Virus record (IMG/VR): IMGVR_UViG_3300006802_000073
Coordinates: 1-64,000 of that record
DNA from: a virus
Direction: 5' to 3' (one strand)
Length of the DNA stretch: 64,000 nt
Shown here: positions 59,766 to 64,000 of the stretch, piece by piece
Layout: each line of letters opens with the position of its first letter
How positions within the stretch are numbered: the first letter of the stretch is position 1
The notes under the pieces: model-generated
What the model was told of the DNA's origin: nothing
Database searches by the model: none
What the model saw: only the letters and a program-made list of their open reading frames with translations
Position numbers and translations under genes: made by a program

Positions 59766-60908
59766 TCATAATTCAGTATAATTCCTAAAATGTTGTCTAC
59801 GAACATGAGATGGGTCAGCCATTGCTCCTATATAATTCTGTATCTGTTTATTTCTACTTACATCATTGATATTAATGTCAACAGGTCCTAAAGCATCTAT
59901 TAATTTATCAAACAATTCTTTTGCTTTAGGTTCAATATCAAAATTTTTTGTCTCATAATCTAAAAAAGAAATTTGATTTAAAGATTCTGCATTTTTTGCC
60001 ATTTCAGCAATCTGTGCTGGAGACATTAATAAACGGGGTATTTCTCTTCCTTTTTTTGTTTTAAATGTAAATGATTCATTATAAGGACGAGGTGTTGCCA
60101 TAACAATTGAAGATTTCTTCTCAATAATAGGTGCTTCTTCCTGTATATCAGTTAACCATCTTTTTTCTATACTACCATCTAAAGTTTCAACAGTGACATA
60201 ATTACTATTACAAGAAATTATCATAACTTCATTCTGTTCAACAAAAACTATATCTCCAACATTATAAATTTCTTTATTGTAATATTGTTCTCTAACTGTT
60301 TTAGACGCAGATTTCATACCTTCTTGTGTATCATGAAAAAGTTCTTTTGCATGTGAATCTGATATATGAGAGGGAACACCTTTACGAAATTCTTTAAAGT
60401 TATTTGCTGCAGCATGAGCACGCATCTTAGATGCTGACATACCTTCAGCACCTTCAGCATCAGGATCTCTTTCTCCGGAGGAAACAACTTTAATTGATTT
60501 AAAATTAAAAAGTTTACCCTCACCTTCTCCATTATATTTGTGTAATGTTTTATGGAATTCTTCTACTCTATCAGATCCACCAACCATAATCAAATGTTTT
60601 GTACCACTTTTATGTAACTCTGCAGCATGAGTTAGATATGATGGAGATTGCTTAGAGGATGTTCTAAAGTTAACTTTTGGAAAAAATCTTTTAGCATGTT
60701 TTAATTTCTGCTCTGGACTTAAAGGATTTTTCTTCGGATCTTGGGAATGAGACATAACGATCAGATGATCTGCTTTATGTTCTTTGGCAAGAGATATTAC
60801 AGTATTAATCAATTTTTGATGACCAGTTGTAGGTCCTGGATTCATACGCCCAAAGGCGAAAACTGTTGTTTTTTCGCTTCCCTCTACAATAAAATCTCTA
60901 AATTTCAT
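59766..60908 (-). CDS. cytidylyltransferase-like (HxGH-class) nucleotidyltransferase
   Basis: FGRMNP.PTTGH, SQDPKKNPL, VGGSDRV, G.RDPDA..MSASKMR. Confidence 0.8.
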   Translation of the reverse strand: MKFRDFIVEGSEKTTVFAFGRMNPGPTTGHQKLINTVISLAKEHKADHLIVMSHSQDPKKNPLSPEQKLKHAKRFFPKVNFRTSSKQSPSYLTHAAELHKSGTKHLIMVGGSDRVEEFHKTLHKYNGEGEGKLFNFKSIKVVSSGERDPDAEGAEGMSASKMRAHAAANNFKEFRKGVPSHISDSHAKELFHDTQEGMKSASKTVREQYYNKEIYNVGDIVFVEQNEVMIISCNSNYVTVETLDGSIEKRWLTDIQEEAPIIEKKSSIVMATPRPYNESFTFKTKKGREIPRLLMSPAQIAEMAKNAESLNQISFLDYETKNFDIEPKAKELFDKLIDALGPVDININDVSRNKQIQNYIGAMADPSHVRRQHFRNYTEL

Positions 60909-60944
60909 TATTTTCCCGTAAAAAATAAAGTTATATATTATTTA

Positions 60945-62156
60945 TCAAATTATTTCATTCCAACCAATAATAGCACCAATATCCGCACCTGCAGTGTCGG
61001 TCATTACACAAACTGTTACAATATCACTAACATTTGCTAATGTTCTACCAAGTTGAAAATTAAAATCTTCCTGTACACCAATAGTAATAGAACCAGATTT
61101 TCCAGCTGAAAAATAACCAGATTCTAGTATTCGTCCATCAGAAATTTCGGTTGAGGTGAGAGTATATTCTACAGAACTATCGTCACTTACAGGTAAAAAA
61201 GTATTACCTGTAAGCGTACCATTTAATCTTACCTGATATTTAAAAATGGCATTATTTGTAGGTGAATAAAGATCGACAAAATTTGGTAAAACAATAGCCT
61301 CTAATCTAGTACTTTTCAATCGTATACTTAGTACTGGATACCATGTATTAGCTAACGTTAAATCATATAAAGGTGTTAAATCATGCCCCACTCTAGTATT
61401 TAAACTTCTTCCCTGAAATCCTCCATCTGATATAACTGTAGTACAAATTTGTTTCATAGTACTAGAACTTATAGTACTTCCTGTATTTTCTATCTCATAT
61501 CTTACAGGTAAACATGCAGTAGTCATATATGTGGTAGTATTTACATTATCATTGTGAAATGTATGTGCTGTTATGGGTTCGCCATGTACTATAAAACCAC
61601 ATCTTACATCTCCTACACCTAACCATTCAATATCAATCCAAAAAATATTAGCCTTACTTACATCTAATATTCTTCCTGAAGCTCCGGTTCCATCAAAAGG
61701 ATCATCTATCCAATCACTTTGCAAAACTTCTTGATTAACAACTGTTCCTGTAACATTTGATCTTAAAACTAATTTAATATCAGATCCATTTTGTTCTAGA
61801 TAAATACCATTTTTATTGCCAAAATAACCTACACGTTGCCGTAAATTTGTTTTTGCAGGTGCAAAAACAAAAGTTAACATAATACCTAGAGATTTTCCAG
61901 GTTGATAAGAAAAAACTCTTTTTGATTCTCTATAGACATATGAACCAGAATTTGCATCAACAACCATATCCAAAACACTTTCATTTGGTTTATGTTCTGT
62001 ATATGTACCTATAGAATTTGCTGTACTAAATTTATACCCCTCATTAAATCTCATTTGATTTTCAAAAAGGGTAAAAGGTTCTGAAGTTTTTAATCTATTA
62101 AACGCATCTACAGTACTGCGTATAAAGCCAACTCGATCTGAAAATAAGTGAGACAC
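60945..62156 (-). CDS. beta-rich virion structural protein
   Basis: DAFNRL..S.P.TLF, YQPGKS, WLGVGDVRCGF motifs. Confidence 0.6.
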   Translation of the reverse strand: MSHLFSDRVGFIRSTVDAFNRLKTSEPFTLFENQMRFNEGYKFSTANSIGTYTEHKPNESVLDMVVDANSGSYVYRESKRVFSYQPGKSLGIMLTFVFAPAKTNLRQRVGYFGNKNGIYLEQNGSDIKLVLRSNVTGTVVNQEVLQSDWIDDPFDGTGASGRILDVSKANIFWIDIEWLGVGDVRCGFIVHGEPITAHTFHNDNVNTTTYMTTACLPVRYEIENTGSTISSSTMKQICTTVISDGGFQGRSLNTRVGHDLTPLYDLTLANTWYPVLSIRLKSTRLEAIVLPNFVDLYSPTNNAIFKYQVRLNGTLTGNTFLPVSDDSSVEYTLTSTEISDGRILESGYFSAGKSGSITIGVQEDFNFQLGRTLANVSDIVTVCVMTDTAGADIGAIIGWNEII

Positions 62157-62897
62157 TTAGATAATTCTCCATCCGTTTTTGTTCACAAAAGTTAAGGAGC
62201 CATAGTTTATTGCTATATTAGCAGCATTTTTACCATCAATTAAATCACTATTACTTCCACGTACTGTAATCCAACGATTTACTCCATTAGCACAATTACC
62301 TGATTCGTCTTTAACTACAACTTTTCTTCCTTGTGCTGGTTTAGAAGGTAAATAAATGTTTACTGCTCCACTATAATTAACACCTACATAATAATCTTTT
62401 CTTCCCATAGTATAAGAATTTGATGTAACTGATACTACTCTATGTGTAAGATCTACTACATCACTAGCACCACCACCAGGTCCCGTAACTGCAATCTTAC
62501 TAATGGCTTGTTCTAAAAATTTTAACTTTTTTGTAATAGCATCAAAATTTGGTTGCGTAACTAAAGGATCTGGTTGTTGAAACGAATCTTGTTCTCTAGA
62601 AACTTGTTTTTCTATTTCTTGTGCGACTCTATCTACTAAACTTTTTTCTGGCACTATAACTGGTGGTGGTGTTTCATAACGAACTTCTTCTTGTATTGGT
62701 TCAGATATAGTAATCTGTTCTTCTTCTATATTTTTTAAATCAAAAAGATCTAATGCGGAATTCTTACGTACTGATTCTATAAGATTACGCTGCATATCTT
62801 TATAACGTGTTACTTCTTCCAATAGATCAGAATCAACAGGCATTCCGAGATCCTGTGATAACTTTACAAGCATTAACTTTTCTTTAATCGTTCTCAT
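62157..62897 (-). CDS. virion-associated protein with C-terminal beta domain
   Basis: GPGGG hinge; YVGVN...LP...G...VVKDESG...IDG...YGSL...GWRII. Confidence 0.55.
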   Translation of the reverse strand: MRTIKEKLMLVKLSQDLGMPVDSDLLEEVTRYKDMQRNLIESVRKNSALDLFDLKNIEEEQITISEPIQEEVRYETPPPVIVPEKSLVDRVAQEIEKQVSREQDSFQQPDPLVTQPNFDAITKKLKFLEQAISKIAVTGPGGGASDVVDLTHRVVSVTSNSYTMGRKDYYVGVNYSGAVNIYLPSKPAQGRKVVVKDESGNCANGVNRWITVRGSNSDLIDGKNAANIAINYGSLTFVNKNGWRII

Positions 62898-62973
62898 AAA
62901 CTTTTAAAAAGTTATCTTCTCTATTGATTAATCATTGACAACCATGTAAACTTCGCTATGTGGCGTATGATGA

Positions 62974-63591
62974 TTAAAAATCCTTTAATTCACCTGTATG
63001 CTGTACATGATGAGCATAAAAATTGGTATTAGGATAATCATGTTTTAAATCTTTAAATGTACTTAAGTTTTTAGTATCATCATCATACATATGAACATGT
63101 TTATATTTATGTTTGTTTATATACCCTCTAATAACTGTTGCTTTCTTCATATCTGATGATACAGGGGCATTTATATTACCAGCACGTATAATATGAATCT
63201 TGTTCATATTTAGTCCATGTGCTTTAAATGTATTTAAAAAAGTATTCTTATTATCCATATTTACTCTAGCAGTATTAAGAATAATATGATTATGAGGAGA
63301 TTTTTGTAAAGATTTTACTAGATTTAACGTGGAATGAATCGGATTAGATTCTTGTTTAAATTTTTTAGCATTTCTAAATTCTGTAAAATCATATTTTTCA
63401 GTTGATTTTAATAAATTATGAGTGCTATGATGAGCATATTCTTTACTAGATAAAGATTTTACTTTATTACCCGCGTTATCTACTACATTAACTTTTGCAG
63501 TAGGATGAAATAAAGTATCATCTATATCAAAAACATGTAGATGACTATATTTCTGATGTATTTCTTCTTTTAGTTGCCTTAATGTTTTCAT
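62974..63591 (-). CDS. HAD-superfamily phosphatase
   Basis: DIDDTL, TAR, KK and YDDD..NL motifs. Confidence 0.75.
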   Translation of the reverse strand: MKTLRQLKEEIHQKYSHLHVFDIDDTLFHPTAKVNVVDNAGNKVKSLSSKEYAHHSTHNLLKSTEKYDFTEFRNAKKFKQESNPIHSTLNLVKSLQKSPHNHIILNTARVNMDNKNTFLNTFKAHGLNMNKIHIIRAGNINAPVSSDMKKATVIRGYINKHKYKHVHMYDDDTKNLSTFKDLKHDYPNTNFYAHHVQHTGELKDF

Positions 63592-64000
63592 CTTGGTCTT
63601 GCTAAAAAATTAGCTCTACTAAATTCAGCTCTATCAACTAGTTTTGTGGGTCTATTATTTATCACTGCTACATGCCCCTCAGGCTTTGCTAATTGCCCCG
63701 AAATACTATGATGAAATTGTTGCTCAGATGCTGATAAGGTATTGTTTAATATATCTTTGGCTTTTTGTAGATGATGATGCAACTTAAATGTATGATCAAA
63801 TAAACTCTTATTAGAATCTACATGTTGTAGTGCTTCGTTTGCAATTTTTCTTTTTGCAGTTTTAGATGCTTCAGTCTTTACATCTGCAATTTTTTTATTA
63901 TGAAACGCTTCTAAATGTGATCTATATCCTTTTGTAGAGGGAGCTACTCCTTCTCTCACTGCACTATTTATATATGTCTTGACAGTATCAATATGTCCGT
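63588..64000 (-). CDS. C-terminal part of a DUF6267-like, possibly ligase-fold protein; start lies beyond the window
   Basis: PEGHVAV...TKLVDRAEFSRANF; frame is open to the window edge. Confidence 0.55.
   Translation of the reverse strand, partial: GHIDTVKTYINSAVREGVAPSTKGYRSHLEAFHNKKIADVKTEASKTAKRKIANEALQHVDSNKSLFDHTFKLHHHLQKAKDILNNTLSASEQQFHHSISGQLAKPEGHVAVINNRPTKLVDRAEFSRANFLARPR

Noticed and set aside
62930-62970. Plus-strand promoter (TTGACA at ~62935)
   Set aside because: No convincing -10 element at the right spacing and no plus-strand gene downstream.

Overview
AT-rich 64 kb segment of a large T4-like (Tevenvirinae/Kyanoviridae-type) myophage genome with a probable Gram-negative proteobacterial host, judged from the spanins, sigma70 promoters, IHF boxes and tmRNA tag. 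Almost all genes are on the minus strand; a plus-strand block spans 20.5-24.8 kb. Contents: (1) tail/baseplate module (fibre, DUF4815-type giant structural protein, gp8/7/6/25, PAAR, gp5, gp27, gp53, gp48, gp4, gp2, gp54, gp26/gp51, repeat-rich gp29-position protein); (2) gp32, gp59, gp33; (3) lysis/envelope genes and a circularly permuted two-piece tmRNA preceded by a tRNA-like hairpin; (4) exonuclease, PhoH, ligase, RNase H and small early genes with repeated sigma70 promoters and IHF-consensus boxes; (5) a six-gene cassette of exported proteins with pilin- and chaperone-like features; (6) nrdB, a PiT phosphate transporter, nrdA, thyX, primase; (7) head-associated proteins, several with T4-like capsid-targeting N-termini. 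The main findings are a textbook -1 frameshift signal joining gp26 to gp51, the exported-protein cassette, and a possible phage ribosome-rescue set (permuted tmRNA plus an ArfA-like ORF). Two structural genes carry single lesions (one frameshift, one in-frame TAA) that may be sequence errors. All family calls come from motif recognition by eye; no database searches were run.
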